From Paramecium tetraurelia (taxonomy: Eukaryota): DNA of 64,000 nucleotides. The notes beneath the pieces are model-generated. The model was not told where the DNA came from. It made no database searches and saw nothing but the letters and a program-made list of their open reading frames with translations. The translations under genes and the position numbers were made by a program. How positions within the stretch are numbered: position 1 is the first letter of the stretch; every line of letters starts with the position of its first letter. The stretch lies in the NCBI GenBank assembly GCA_000165425.1, contig CT868022.1, forward strand, positions 186,001 to 250,000. Direction: 5' to 3'. Shown here one piece after another: positions 16,373 through 29,741 of the stretch.

Positions 16373-17299
16373 TCAAATGGCTTTTCTACATAGTGGGCAT
16401 GTTGAATTTACATTCATCCAACTCTAGCAGTTTAATATCAAACCAATATACCATTATGCATGATTCGTGGAAATGATGGAACTTGCTGCAAGTCAGTGTT
16501 AAGATATTCTCTCCTAATTCGTATGCACATCTGCAAATAGTACATTCAGGATCGCCTTCAACACAATTGGGTTTGTAACTCTAAATGTTCAATCTTTCCA
16601 TAGCTTCTCTTTTTTACTGTCTTTTAGTGCAACTAAAAATCATTTGTATAAAACTTACTGTGAGACACAATAATATATCAAAAACAAAATCAAAAATGGT
16701 GAAAATAGAATACAAAATATTGCTATGATGTATAAGTCTATGTATTAATAGATTGAGAGTATGAGGATTGTGCACAGGAAATAGTATTAATAATATTCAC
16801 ATCCTGTTCTTGATGTTTCTTAAGATAGAAATATTGCTAAGCCGTATAAGAAGAGCAATTAGTATATAATGCCCAATAGACGACTATACCATTTACCACA
16901 TAAGACTGACTTTTAGACTTCATATTTGATTTATCTTGTCAAAATGCTTATTTATTTTGAATCCTCAATAAAATGGGCTTAGAATTGTTCTTCTTAATCT
17001 CGTATTTAATCCAACTTCTACGCCAAATTACGTCGGTTTTCCTCTACATTCATGTACACTATCTAATTGAAATACAAGATAGTATTTAATATCGAATGAA
17101 GCACTATCCAAGCTATCCATTTATGCAATGGGTTTTCATAGTAGAATTCAGAAAAGGAAGTGTAATTGCATTGTTGGGTAGGTAAGAGTAAGTATGTTCC
17201 AAAGCTTATTTTGGTAAAACAATAGAGTAATTGGAGGGAATTGCTAACATTAAAATGATTAGCAGATTTCCTGTACAATTACGTTTCTTGCATCTGCAT
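16373..17299 (-). CDS. Membrane RING-H2 E3 ligase
   Basis: TM helices then ECTICRC..LTCSKFHHFHESCIM|SWMNVNSTCPLCRKAI*; 28-nt intron in RING, other intron positions unresolved. Confidence 0.8.
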
Positions 17300-17332
17300 T
17301 TATATAATTATTAAAATAATATAAAATTTAAG

Positions 17333-17884
17333 TCATCCTATTATTTTTCTCTAATCTGAAGGATCGATGGTTTCTAAATTTTTGCTGATCTTCACTTCCT
17401 CATTCAATTGGATCTCATCCCCCGTCTTGGACAGATTATCCAACAACACTAATTTGCTTAGAACTTCAAAGGTCTCCTATCTAAATTTGGGTTGATCAGC
17501 CACTGGATTTCTGTACACATTTAATTGAGAAAGATGATTGAGCAAAGCCAACTATTTGATATCCTCAATAGAATCGAACTGATTATCCATGATCGACAAG
17601 GCAACCAGATTTGGGTAGATATTCAATTTGGACAATTCCTTCCCACTCAATTGATTGTGATCCAAGCATACTCTGATTATTGATTTCGAGTCGGGTAAAT
17701 TGGAGAGACTCTTTAATTTGCACTTATTCAATTGAAGAGACAGAAGACTAAACTTCTCCAATTCAGCCTTGATAGAGTCTGGAATACAATCCATCTCAGC
17801 ATCCTCGATGATTATTTCTTCAGTTGAATCCTTGGCCAAACTCCTAAGAAATTTTAATAATTATCTTTCGGTTTCTTCAAACAT
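17333..17884 (-). CDS. Short leucine-rich repeat protein (ANP32/U2A'-type LRR plus LRR cap)
   Basis: 183 aa; LQLNKCKLKSLSNLP, LDHNQL, LNVYRNPV..FRQETFEVL...LLDN. Confidence 0.75.
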
Positions 17885-17992
17885 ATAATTTAATTACATT
17901 CTCAGTGATTCAAGACAGCTTTTTATGTTTTTAAAATCATGCTAAAATTAATCAACCTAAAATATAATTATATTATTTTGTAATAATATCTT

Positions 17993-19108
17993 TCAAAATC
18001 TATGGTACTGTGGTGATAAGTAATGCCGAGGAGGATATTGATGCATAGAAGGATGCACAGGATAAGGATACATACTCTATGAATTTGGAGGGGGACTTCT
18101 TTATGCTCTAACATCCTAGACAGGTGATTTCCGATGCTCAAATGATTCAAATTAAGTCTTCTTCTCTGGAATTGTGACACGTAATGGTTCCTTGATTCTG
18201 CTGCCTTAAAAAGAACTGATTTTAGTGCTCTCAGTAACATTAGTGGTAGGCAATTAATGAATGCCAATGAAATCAGGGATTGAAGTGTGTTGAACTTGTA
18301 TTATTGAACTCAGAAACACACTCAACTCAGATCTTTTGATTATTATAAATTAGGTTACGCTCTGTGTTAATCAATTTAGACCTCGCTACTGACAGTTGGA
18401 AATGCGTTTATGTACTCCCCTATCTTCTTATAGTAAACTTGGTTGTCCTCTTAAAAGGTTGTTGTGAAATAGGGTATGAGTGCTGTTAAACAATCTGAAC
18501 TCTAAAATGTATTCAACATCTATTTCATTGATCTCCATCTATCTTCAATCATCGATAGTAAATGTTTAGCATCTCTCTCTTAATTATTCACATTCTTCTT
18601 CTGTTTGTGTTAGACTTCATTCTCTAAACCATTGAAGAATTGTTCAACAACATCCTACATCCGTTTCTTAATTTCTCTAATCTTTTTAATTGTTTTATCT
18701 GCATGAACCTCGAAAGTATTCACATGCTTTTTGATATCGTAATATGAGTTGGTGAATTTCTTCACTAAAAAGAATAGAAAACTAATGTTTACATTCATTA
18801 TTGACATGATCGCTTGCTTGATTTAATAAGACCTCCAATGATTCAAATACTGGGTATGTGCCTTCATTGACATGTTCCTTAGAATGAAGATGTATGCAAA
18901 GAGGACATAATGGTATTATACATTGAGGTGCTCGACACATGTTAGAGATATAATAACCTTTATGGTAGTAGCATTCCACTTAAGGTAGGTTGTTGGAATC
19001 GAAGAAGACTGTTCTGGCTAGATTGTCTGATAGTTTTTCAGGCTGTTGATAGGAATCTTGTCTCCCTTCATTAAATTCGTCATCTACATGTTGTACTATA
19101 TTATCCAT
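17993..19108 (-). CDS. B-box-like Cys/His zinc-finger, coiled-coil protein with Pro/His/Tyr-rich tail
   Basis: 371-aa ORF; CYYH..CRAPQCIIPLCPLCIHLHSKEH. Confidence 0.7.
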
Positions 19109-19155
19109 TAAAATAGTTGTTAAAATTAACGAATAAAAGCAAATTAAAAAACAAT

Positions 19156-20706
19156 TCACAGCTCTTCTTTTCTAAAAGTAGAGTGCATTTTCTTAAATGT
19201 CCTTCCTCCTCCAAGCACATCATCAATGAATGTTATGATTTCGGTTGGTTCTATTGAATTCTACACAGCATAAGTTTATCGCTTAGGTTTTATAATCACA
19301 GCATAAGATTGAGTTTGCTTTGCTTCAAATTTGGATGTCAATTACCTATCATAAGAAAATAAAATACTGTAGAGATCCATAATAGAAGGAAATGTTTTCA
19401 TTTTAATATTTATGAGGGATTTTGGATACCAACTCTAAATCTAATTCATTTTGTATCAACAATAAGAAACATAACCCGTTTCCTTTTACTATACATTATT
19501 CATAATTTTATCCATTCAATTTCTGAATCTCCTTCACTTAGACTTCCTTCCTTTGTCCATAGGCAAATTATCTAAGGAATTTAACAATATTATCTTTCTT
19601 GAATTCTGATTCAAACACCTTGAAATCTTGATCATTCTTGGCAACAATCAAACTTGGGAATTCTGTAATCTTGAAAATTGAAGATAATTGTCTTTCAGAT
19701 TATCGAATCATTGCAAATTCCAATTTCCCCTTGAATTCTTTTGAAAGAGCCTTGAACAAAGGAGGAGTTGATTTTTTATTGGTAAATAGAATAACCTTAG
19801 GTTTTGACTTTTCAATATACTCCTAGAAATTGAATCCGCTCAAGATGATGACAAAATCCTCCATCAAATCAACAGCCTCCTTTGCCAACTCATTTATTTC
19901 CCACTTCCCTTTGTACTTAATAGGTTCAGCAGAGAGACGAGATGCATAAATGGAAACAGAAGGATACCGTTTCACAGAGAATTCATCTTCACACAATGCT
20001 TCATCATCTTCACAATCAACAGCTGCGACTCTAAAGATGCCAGCATATTTCTCAGCCAATTCAATGATTAGTTTTTTGTGCTTCTATCCTTCCCCATTGG
20101 GCAAATAGAAATATATTACCCAAACCTCTTCTCTTCTGTAAAATCGAGAGAGATTACTCATATCAAGAGTATACACATCTGTATTCTCAAACAAATTGTC
20201 CTTCTTCCTTTGAACTTCCTCCTCTTGATTACCAAATCCACCGCCACCTTGATTTCCAAATCCTGATCCTCCAAAATTAAAATGGAATTACTGGTGACCC
20301 CCACCACCACCACTGCCTCCTCTAAAGAATTGTGAGAACATCTCATCAAATCCACCTCCGAAATTTTGGAATCCTCCTCCACCACCTTATTGTTATTGTT
20401 GTTCATGCTTGTTTACACCCTCTTCACCATATTAATCGTAAATCTTTCTTTTCTCTGAGTCTTTTAAGGTCTCATAGGCATTCACTATTTTTTAGAATTA
20501 TTTCTGAGCCTAAACAAAAATAAGAATAATTGATTAACCTTCTCCTCATTTCCCTTATTTTTGTCTGGGTGGTACTTGAGAGACTATTTCTTGAAAGCCT
20601 TCTTGATTTCAGCGTCACTTGCCCCCTTCTTCAATCCTAGCAATTGGTAATAATCTTCTCCAGCCAATACGAGCAACAAGAAAATTGCCAGCAACACGAC
20701 TTTCAT
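19156..20706 (-). CDS. ER-luminal DnaJ protein with thioredoxin-like domains (ERdj3A-like)
   Basis: Signal peptide, EDYYQLLG..KYHPDKN J-domain, G/F-rich linker, VAAVDCE..LC..FSVKRYPS Trx-like fold, C-terminal KEEL*. Confidence 0.9.
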
Positions 20707-20756
20707 TAACTTTAATTTATTCTAGAATTTTATTTAAATAACAGACAGAATTTAAA

Positions 20757-22531
20757 ATGTCTACTTCCCCTACAGGTGCTCACCGTCATGACAATTCTCC
20801 ATATGTCACCAAAAAATAATTACCACAATATCCCATCCCTCAACAATACCAGCAATCAACCCAGCAACTCAATCAGCCAGATTATTATTAAGATGAAAGG
20901 TATCGTGAATTTGAGGAGCGTGAGGAACAATACAATTATCAAATCCAAAAAATGAATGATTATATTCAAGTATTTAAATCTAATCATCTTAGCAATTGTA
21001 ACATGATTTGGATGTATCCGAACATGCCAAACAAGGCTTTGAATCAGATTACCTTAAGGCAGCCCATGAATTGCAGCTCTACAAGGATCAATTGAAGAAA
21101 TTATACACCATCTACCAACAATAAACTGCTCAATTTGAAACTATTAAAAAGAAAACCCAAGAATCTAATCTAAATGCTGAAAAAACATATGAAAAGCAAT
21201 TTGAAATTAAAAACGATGTGCAAAATCTCATTTTGGACAGAGATCTCCTTATGAATAAACTAGAACTGGGCGATAAACAATACAATTTTGATGTCCAAAG
21301 CTTGACTCAGTAACTTAATGACAAGAATGCGGAGATCTAAGATCAGAGAAAGAGAATCAACGAATTAACTGAATTGAAAAGAAAAGCTGATGAAGAAATT
21401 GCATCCTTGAGATTTACACTTGATCATCAAACTGCTAGATTGGAAGCTGAATTAAGAGAAAAAGTACTGAAATTAGAAGCATTAGACAAACAATTTGCTG
21501 AAGCACTCTATCTCAAAGATAATGAACTAGTTGATGCATTCGATAAGATCAGGATCCTAGAACACGAAGTTAGACGTATCTTAGATTTGAATAGAAGCTA
21601 TGCCCAAGAGTTGAGTATGTTAGCAAGAGACAATAGATTCAAATAGGAAGAAATAGCCAAAGTCAGAGAAGATGCAGTAAATCTATCATATCATTTCTAG
21701 AAACCTGCTATGCCATAGTAAATCAGCGTCTAATCAGGTGGTATGGAACCTAGAATGCCACCAGCTTGGGCTGAGAAATTCCATATCAAAATAGATGCTT
21801 GTTTAGATTTATTTGAAAGGAATCACGCTAAATCTTTGAAATAGTTATGCCTTAATCTTTGGAAGGCAAAAATGGAATTAAAAGCAAGAAACAAATAGAA
21901 CAAAGCCATGGTTGAAGAAAATTCAAATCTAGGCAAAAGTGTAGTTGTAGGCGGAGGAACTGATATGAGAGTAACCACATATTTTGTAGACTCTTTTGTT
22001 GCTGCCATTACTTTTGCCAGAGATGCTATATCTAATGTAGTTTTTGATGTCTTTGTCAAAAGTGTTAATAAGGCAAATAATAAAAAACTCAATTCTTTCG
22101 TTCTATTCTTTGAATCTCTTAAAGAAATGTAACAGAAGTCGAGCAAAGGATTGTGGTTGGCCTTAGAAACCTATGCTAAATTGAGAAAAGCTCTACGTCA
22201 TTCTGTGCCGATCCTTATTGATGCAAAAGTTCAAAGTGGGTTGCTCTAGAAAGTAGAGTTAGCTATGGGTAAATTACTTAAGCATGACATGGATTTCAGA
22301 AATAATATTAACAAATGGTTAGAAGGGACCTTAGCCTTTACTGTTTAAAAGAAGGAAGCAGAAGCTTATGACAAAAATAAGGATTATCTGTTCCTGTTTA
22401 GATTATTAACAGTTAAATATAGAATCAAATTCCCACTGTAAGGAAAGACGTTTGAAGTAGATGTAGATATTGAAACCACTTTAGAACACAAGATTTGTTA
22501 TGCCTTAAGAAAAGTGGTTAAATAACAATGA
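20757..22531 (+). CDS. Coiled-coil protein of unknown function
   Basis: MSTSPTGAHRH start, long heptad-rich code-6 ORF, one tiny intron near 20970-20992, TGA 22529-22531. Confidence 0.75.
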
Positions 22532-22734
22532 TTATTAAATTTAATTATAAACCTACTATCATTTTGATATTTTTATTTGTATTCAATCAAACTGAGATGT
22601 CTGGATAGATGTATAAAATATTATCTCCTAGTGATATAGATCATTATATTAAAATATACATATCAAAACCATATGATATACTATGAAATTATTCATGAAA
22701 ATAAAGATTCTCTTATAATTAGATATATATATTT

Positions 22735-24991
22735 TCATTTATTGATACTTAAATAGTGACCAGATTTATTTTTGTAGAAGAGTAAATATGGAGTCTCTTC
22801 ATCACTAAAATATAATGGGTTTAATTTTACATCAATTACGAATTTAGATCTTCACTTGATAGTTCATATTTATTAATCTGAGCATCATCAAAGCAAATCC
22901 AAGTTTCTGGTTTAGACATAGATCTTGCATAGCAAGAATAATGACCTGAGTAACTGTTTTTTCCTAAATGAACGATGAATGCGTATAAAATATATTAACT
23001 ATCCATGGCATCCAGATGTTGTTGTTGGAATACTTCTCTCATGTCAATTAAAAACCTGAGAGGTACCTTGGCCAGGATCTTAGTCATTTATTGCGATTGA
23101 GCATCATATTAAAATCTTGTTAGAATATGATATCATACCTTTAAATGGTCATAAATAAGACAGGGGGTAAATCATTCAATTATATAGATTTTTTTATGTC
23201 ATTTGATTTTCGCTAACACTTCTCACACGTAAATTCAATTTTCTCCTCTTCGTAGACCTATGCAATCATGTCCTTCAATTCAGTATATTTATTTAGATGC
23301 AAATCAATTCCCAAAAACTTTTCAATCTGGCCAAATGAAACATCACAATTCGGACATTCAATAACTGATCTATGCGTTCCAAAGAAGATTCTCTCCAATA
23401 TCTCCTATTATTCTTTTGGAATGTATTTAAGGAGATCTTCTAAAAAATGATGTGCAAATTCTCCAACATCCTGTTGGTCATTTGAATTGCAATATGGAGC
23501 TCTAAGCAATCTCTTTAATTCATAGGGTGAACAAAATCCAGACTATTAAAAATTCAATAACATAAACAATTTTCTTAGGGCATTGTATTGTTTGGCTTCA
23601 GGTATTGAGTTTATTAAAATGAATTACCTAAATCTATCAGTCATGTAAAGAGCTTGCAATATACTATTCATAAAACAAGTGTTGGTAAGGTTCTCCAATC
23701 CCACATAATTGTCATGATTGGGTCTGTCATACAAAGAGTCATCAAAGTTCAAATTTTTCAACTTTTGACAATCCCATACAGGATGATCTATCTAATTAAA
23801 TTAATCGAAACTTTTATCTCTAGCAATATGGAGTAATTTAGAAAATGAATCATGGTGAAGTAATTTATTTTAATACTTTTTATGAATAGCATTCATAAAT
23901 CCATATATTTTATCGAAAATCGATCTATCATTCTATCTCAAATCAATTACTAGTCTCAATCTGTCGCACATAATCGTAATGTAATCATCAGTTAATTATT
24001 CTTGACGTCTTGACATCCCAATCATATAAACTTATAAGAGATCCAGAATGCTAGTATTCTAATGCAATTGAGGCAATAATAACGGTAGAATGACCTCCAA
24101 ATATATTTCACTTAATATTAGATAACAGCTTTAGTTACTATTCTGCTTCATCTGCTCTTCCAGGATATCTGTAACTTCCTACAAGATTGAGAGATTTTCG
24201 CTTAAAATACTGTATTTTATAAGTCCCTTAAATATTTTCACCGATTTGTCAGGATTATCAAAGTAATTGATTAAAAAGTAATTTCTATGTTGACTAATAA
24301 TATGACCCAACTTAGTGCTTCCAATTTTTTTGAATAATATATATAGGCAGATTCCCTATTATTCAATAGCTTAATCAAATATAGTGGATATCAGCATCAA
24401 CCAATCATGGTCACTATTCTAATTCGCATTGTCTTTGCATTGCTAAATCAGAGAATCAGCTAGTCTTTTCAGCAACTCATCGTCCTTATAATCTTTATAT
24501 GCCTTCAAAATTAGTTGCAGCAACTCTGGGTTGTAGGTCATGTCTTTAGGACATAATCTACTCACTAAATCAATCACTATTTCTTTATTCAATTACAATT
24601 TTTCTTCAATGGTCCCCTATTATCTAAACTTTCTGATTAACCTCTCTGCCACATATCCTAATTGCTTGAGCAAGGGTCGATGTGATTCAACACGACAATT
24701 TTGTATTACATACTTTGCATACAGTCCAACCATTTCCAAGTTATCCAAAGATTCTGTAATTCTCTTAAAAACCCCCTCATTATAATCCATGCTATAGGAG
24801 GCCTTGTCTGGAAGAAGACCGCCAAAATTTCGATCCAATGCCTTATCCAATATTTAGAAACCATGTTGTGTTTCTGCATGGATGCTCTTGTATAAGTTCT
24901 CCAGTTCAAGTGGAGCCAATCTCCTGTCTTGAGACCATATCAAATTCAATTTTTCTTGGAGACTTTTTGCTTAGATAAATTTCTGATCCAT
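22735..24991 (-). CDS. Ubiquitin-specific protease (peptidase C19, USP35/38-like architecture)
   Basis: Cys box GLENLTNTCFMNSILQAL, QQDVGEF, His box HLGKNSYSGHY..WICFDD, TPYLLFY; helical N-terminal half. Confidence 0.9.
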
Positions 24992-26043
24992 ATATAATGA
25001 TTATTAATTAAGTTCATAAATAGAATAATAACGTGTAATTTGTCAACTTCTAATTATATTTGTTTGAAAAATGATAAATATAAATCATGTCAACAATATA
25101 AAATTCAGACTAATCAACCTAAATAAGAGATAGATATCGCCAAATCTCGAACCTCTTGCTAAACCACCTTAGTAACTATATATTTTTCTATATCTAGAGA
25201 TCCATCATAAGGGTATCTTCAAGCAAAATGCAAATTTTAAAGTCTTGCTAAACAAGAAAACCAAGACCACCTTACTCAACCTTAAGAATGACCAACAAGC
25301 AAAATAGATGACCCTAAAATATTTTTCGAGTTTTGAATTGCTCCAAGACATACTAACATCTAAAATAGATGCAAATTGCTTAGAAGAAATTCGATAATTA
25401 TGTAATTATTTTTCGAATTGATCATAACATTTTATTTTTCATATATTCGATAGTAACAAGTCAAATCACTTTATTATATATAAAATTAAAAGTAAATTAT
25501 TTCATTTCCAAATACTTAGGGAATAAATGAATTAGGACTTTAATGTTTTAATCTATTTCATTTTGGTTTGAACTAACTTTTTTATTTTGCCTAATTGTTA
25601 TTTGATAAAATAGAATTATAATAAAATTTAAGTTTTTAGAGAATCAAAGAATAGAATATATTTTTATTAGTTATAAAGATCTCAAAAGAAAATGATGAAA
25701 CAATAATAGAATTCTTTAAAGATAAATTAAAAGCAGTTCAGAGAAACTAATTTAGTTCTATTTTGATTATTTAGATCTGATCTAATAAGTTTATATAAGA
25801 TAGAATATAACAAATAAAATTTATCAAGGATGTTTTGATTGAATTATATTACAACTAATAATAAATACCTGAAGCCTTTTATAGAGAATATTTCAGAAAA
25901 TGACTTCATTTTATAATAAGAAATTAATAAATTTAATTCTATTCATATGATTTAATTAAAAGTAATATATTTTTTTGATGATCAAATGTATTAAATAAAG
26001 AGAACCTTAATAAATAATGGATCTGATTAATGATTTATTTTAT

Positions 26044-26927
26044 TCATTCTCCTTACTAATTTTATTCTTCTTTATTAGTGCCTTCTTGATGTTTCTATTA
26101 TTACTAATTTTACTCTTCTTATTCTTATTCTTGTTCTTCAATCTTTTACTTTTCTTCAGAAGCCAAGCCAATCTTTCATTTTCTGCCTTTTCTTACACTT
26201 ATCTTTTTTCTTCAGCCTCTATTTCTTCTTATTTTTTTCGTTCTTCCTCTTCTCTAATTCTCTATTCTTCTTATTCAGCTTAAATTCTGGCTTATTCATT
26301 TTGTTCTTTCTATCTTTTTCTTCCTCATCCCTTTTTTTCATTTAAGTTTAGAAGGTCGCTCTTTCTGTTGCTTAGGAGGTTAGTACTTAACTTCTATTTT
26401 GGTGGCCCATTTGGTTACATCTCTCTTATTTTCAAGATCATCAATGAATTTTTTGATTCGTTCAACCAATAGAGGAGGTTAAGGAAATAGTTATGTATTC
26501 TTCTTCGAATAAATGAGAGTCCCTATCAATGAATTAATCAATGTTGTACCTTTATGTCTAATTTCAAAAGATCCAGTTCCAGGCTAAATTCCTTGATTAA
26601 AAGTGCAATAGCTATTTGGAATGGAACTTTCAATTACTAAAATGATAAGATTAAAATTTACATTGTTGGCATTCCAAAAATAATTTGACGTACTTTTCCT
26701 CATTGTGATGTGTACACCATGCGTGTTCATCACAGTTTTAACAAACTTCAAAGTCAAAGATCAATGCATTTTCAAAAGGAGCTTCTCTAGGTAATATAAA
26801 TGAAACAGAATTTAATCTTAATGATGCCTTAAGCCTTTATTTAATCTATTCTTTTAGTTTGTTATTGAGGATTTTCGGGTTGCTCCTCTTGATTTTAAGT
26901 TTGCTCTAATTGTTCCTGTTCAGCCAT
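26044..26927 (-). pseudogene. Rdx-family (SelW/SelT/SelH-like, CxxC) gene, probably decaying or truncated
   Basis: FEVCQNCDEHAWCTHH...PGTGSFEIRHKG|TLIYSKK..LFP; first intron lacks a typical GT..YAG solution, TGA at 26338-26340, frameshifted Glu/Gln tail behind it. Confidence 0.6.
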
Positions 26928-26982
26928 TTTAATTATAAAAAAATATAATCGATAAAAAGAATAAACATAATCAAGGGACAAT

Positions 26983-27541
26983 TCACTTGTTTTTTGAAAT
27001 GATTTTGGATAGAGGCACTCTTTATTGTTTGTCAACTAAATGTTACTTTAGGAAACTTAATGATTGTTAAGAATTAAGCTTATGATTCACTTCTCTGCCC
27101 AAGGTCTCTATGGATACTTTTTCATTGAATTTCTTGATTACTAAATGAGGATAGATAAGGAAGCTTACTTTTTTTGGATTTGATTTCAATGGGGATAGTG
27201 GTTGCTTATTAAATTTGTGGCATTTTGATGGATTTAATGACTTTCTCAGATAATTTTTCATTCAAATTCCTTTAGAAGGATTCATCAATTTTATTGTTAG
27301 TGAAATGTGATTGAGTGCTACTACTTTGCTCAGGAGGTTCGTCTTCAAATAAATTGGTTTGTTTGGCTTTCAATTATATTTCCTTATCCTTTTTAATTTT
27401 CTGCTTAATTTATTCCTTCTATTATTGTTTTTTTTGGTGTGCTTGGGTTTTCTGCTCGGCCACTTACTTTTTCCTCTCGATCTCGGCTTGCTTGGCTACC
27501 TGAAAGGGTACCATCTCAAGTTCTGAATCACTACCAGACAT
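26983..27541 (-). CDS. Hypothetical basic/coiled-coil protein
   Basis: MSGSDSELEMVPFQVAK...; one 28-nt intron; ends ISKNK*. Confidence 0.7.
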
Positions 27542-27588
27542 TAATAATTAATTATAATAAACAGAATAAATAAATTCATGATAAACAA

Positions 27589-29571
27589 TCATTATGTGTT
27601 AAGAAGGGTTTAATAGTGTTCAATTTGTTCAGCCCAATACCTTTTGTTTTCTGAAATCTATTCCATAAACTCAGCTAACACTGGTAGAATCTATTGAAGA
27701 GTATTATAGTAAGGTAATACCTAGATCACATAAATAGAGATACCATGAAATCTATAAATCCGATCTAGCTCTTTGCAACATTGGTCGTTCTTCTATCACA
27801 CAACATAGTCACTGGAAGTCCCATATCCTTCTCCCTGTCCCCCTATTGCCAAAACTCTCCCAGCACTCTGAAAGTCCACTTCTCATAATTCTTCATTGGT
27901 TTGAAGGGGTTGCTGATATCTGCTGCATGTAGCAGAGTATCAAAGCAGATACCTTTATCTTTGCTTCCTGGATCAAAGTCATTCGAGGCCAATCTTGCCT
28001 TCAACTTATTGAAATCTAATAATGAACTCATTCTCAGACATACCTTTGCCATGCATTGCATTATCTGTACTCAAAATCATGCTTATAGACTTTTCTCTGA
28101 AATACTTGAAATCCTATATTGAGAAATTCGAAAACAGTTCAGTTTCTCGTATACATTTGAATAGAGTAGCAGCATGATGTTGTTCAAGCGAGGATTTATC
28201 ATTGTAAGTCATTGCCAATTCATGTCTTGTGTTGTTCAAAAAGATGTTATTCAATCCTGGATGATCGACATCATGGGCAGCTGCAGACAGCAATAGTATT
28301 GAATAATCTAATTTGGTCAATTTCCCAATTTCTTTGAAATTGCATTTCTCAATAAAGAAATAGACTGTGTGGGTGACATCGAAAGCATGAATTACATTGT
28401 GGTAGAGATTCTCTTTGTGATAGTTCGATCCCAATTGATCCATACATTTCTTAAAAGAATCTGGAGATATCTTTAGAGTGCTAAACAAATGTTCCTTCTC
28501 AAAATAATAGCACATCAGATGAGTTAAGATGGCACTATCATATCTGTCAAATAAAGAGAAGTAATCATAATCCAAATTGAGGATGTTCTATGCGAAGTCT
28601 TGTCTTAATTATTCAGGCAACTTTGTATCGTTTGAGAAGATAATCTCTATTGAACTTGATTTCTTTGATTCCTAAGACGCCATCAACTATTAATTTTGAG
28701 GCTGATTCAACCAACCTAGTGCTTCGCTTTTCCTCCCCTCTATTATTGGCTCATAAACAGTATTATTGGAAATATGAGTGATTCCCCAATTTAACTACTT
28801 GATTATGTCTGAATCTTCAAATTGATCTGCCAGATCACGCATTATTTCGATCACTTTTTCAACCGGTGATCTTACAGTGTATCTTGTGCCCGCATTATTG
28901 ATCTTTTTCACTTGATTATACTATTGTTTGGTTAGTTAAGAGTATTACCTTTCGAAATACTAAAAACAATCTCAAGAATCTGAAGATACCTCTCAACACT
29001 TTACTGATAGTTGTAAATGCGTCGCCCTGTAGATTCAGATCCAAAACTATTAAGACTATGGATGCAACGATTATCAATGCATCAAAAAAGGACCAACAAT
29101 CTGAAAAATATGTCTAAGTTCACAATCAATATAATACAATAAAACCATTTTAAAAGCATCTGATGGATATTTCCAAAACAAATAGAATTAGTATGACCAG
29201 TTCTATTATCTTAGTCACAAATAATGTCTTATCTATGTCGGGATCCTCCTTAGCATCGTTGGCTATTTTTTCAACAAGACCTTACATGTGAATGAGAAAT
29301 TGATGAAGACCAGTAGAGTGAATATCAAAACTAATGCAATTACTGCCTTATCTATCAAAGGGATTCCCTGATGTTGCTAATCAGTAATTCTTTCATAGGA
29401 TGTTCAAATTTACTCATCTGCAATAACGCGATCGTAACCTTCAATATTATATGAAGACCTTCGATCCCCAAAAATATTGGAGATCTCCTTTGAACCTCTC
29501 GGAACAACTTTAGCAGTAGCTTATCCCAGATTCCTATTAGTATCTTCATTTAAGTTCTATTGTTCAGTCAT
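27589..29571 (-). CDS. Class I 3',5'-cyclic nucleotide phosphodiesterase with N-terminal voltage-sensor-like (S1-S4) domain
   Basis: Catalytic motifs YHNVIHAFDV, HDVDHPGLNN, LEQHH, ILSTD, HAADISNP, EFWQQGDREK, QIGF; N-terminal LFVLEISIR, YFSDCWSFFD, KVLRGIFRFLRLFLVFRK; six tiny introns. Confidence 0.9.
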
Positions 29572-29741
29572 TTTAATTATATTTTATAAATTAACTTATG
29601 TTAACTGATATCATGATGGTTGAATTCACCGAAAGAATCAAATTTACATTCAAATCGGTCCCATTAATTGCCTAAACCCTAATTGAATAACTAGTAGAGA
29701 ATAATTCTAACAATGAATATATATATATGCATTTATATTAT

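Noticed and set aside
26017..26283. Hydrophobic plus-strand ORF from the track
   Set aside because: Antisense of a Glu/Gln/Lys-rich coding tail.
26700..26760. Rdx gene as a selenoprotein
   Set aside because: The redox motif is CQNC with no in-frame TGA, and no SECIS was recognised.
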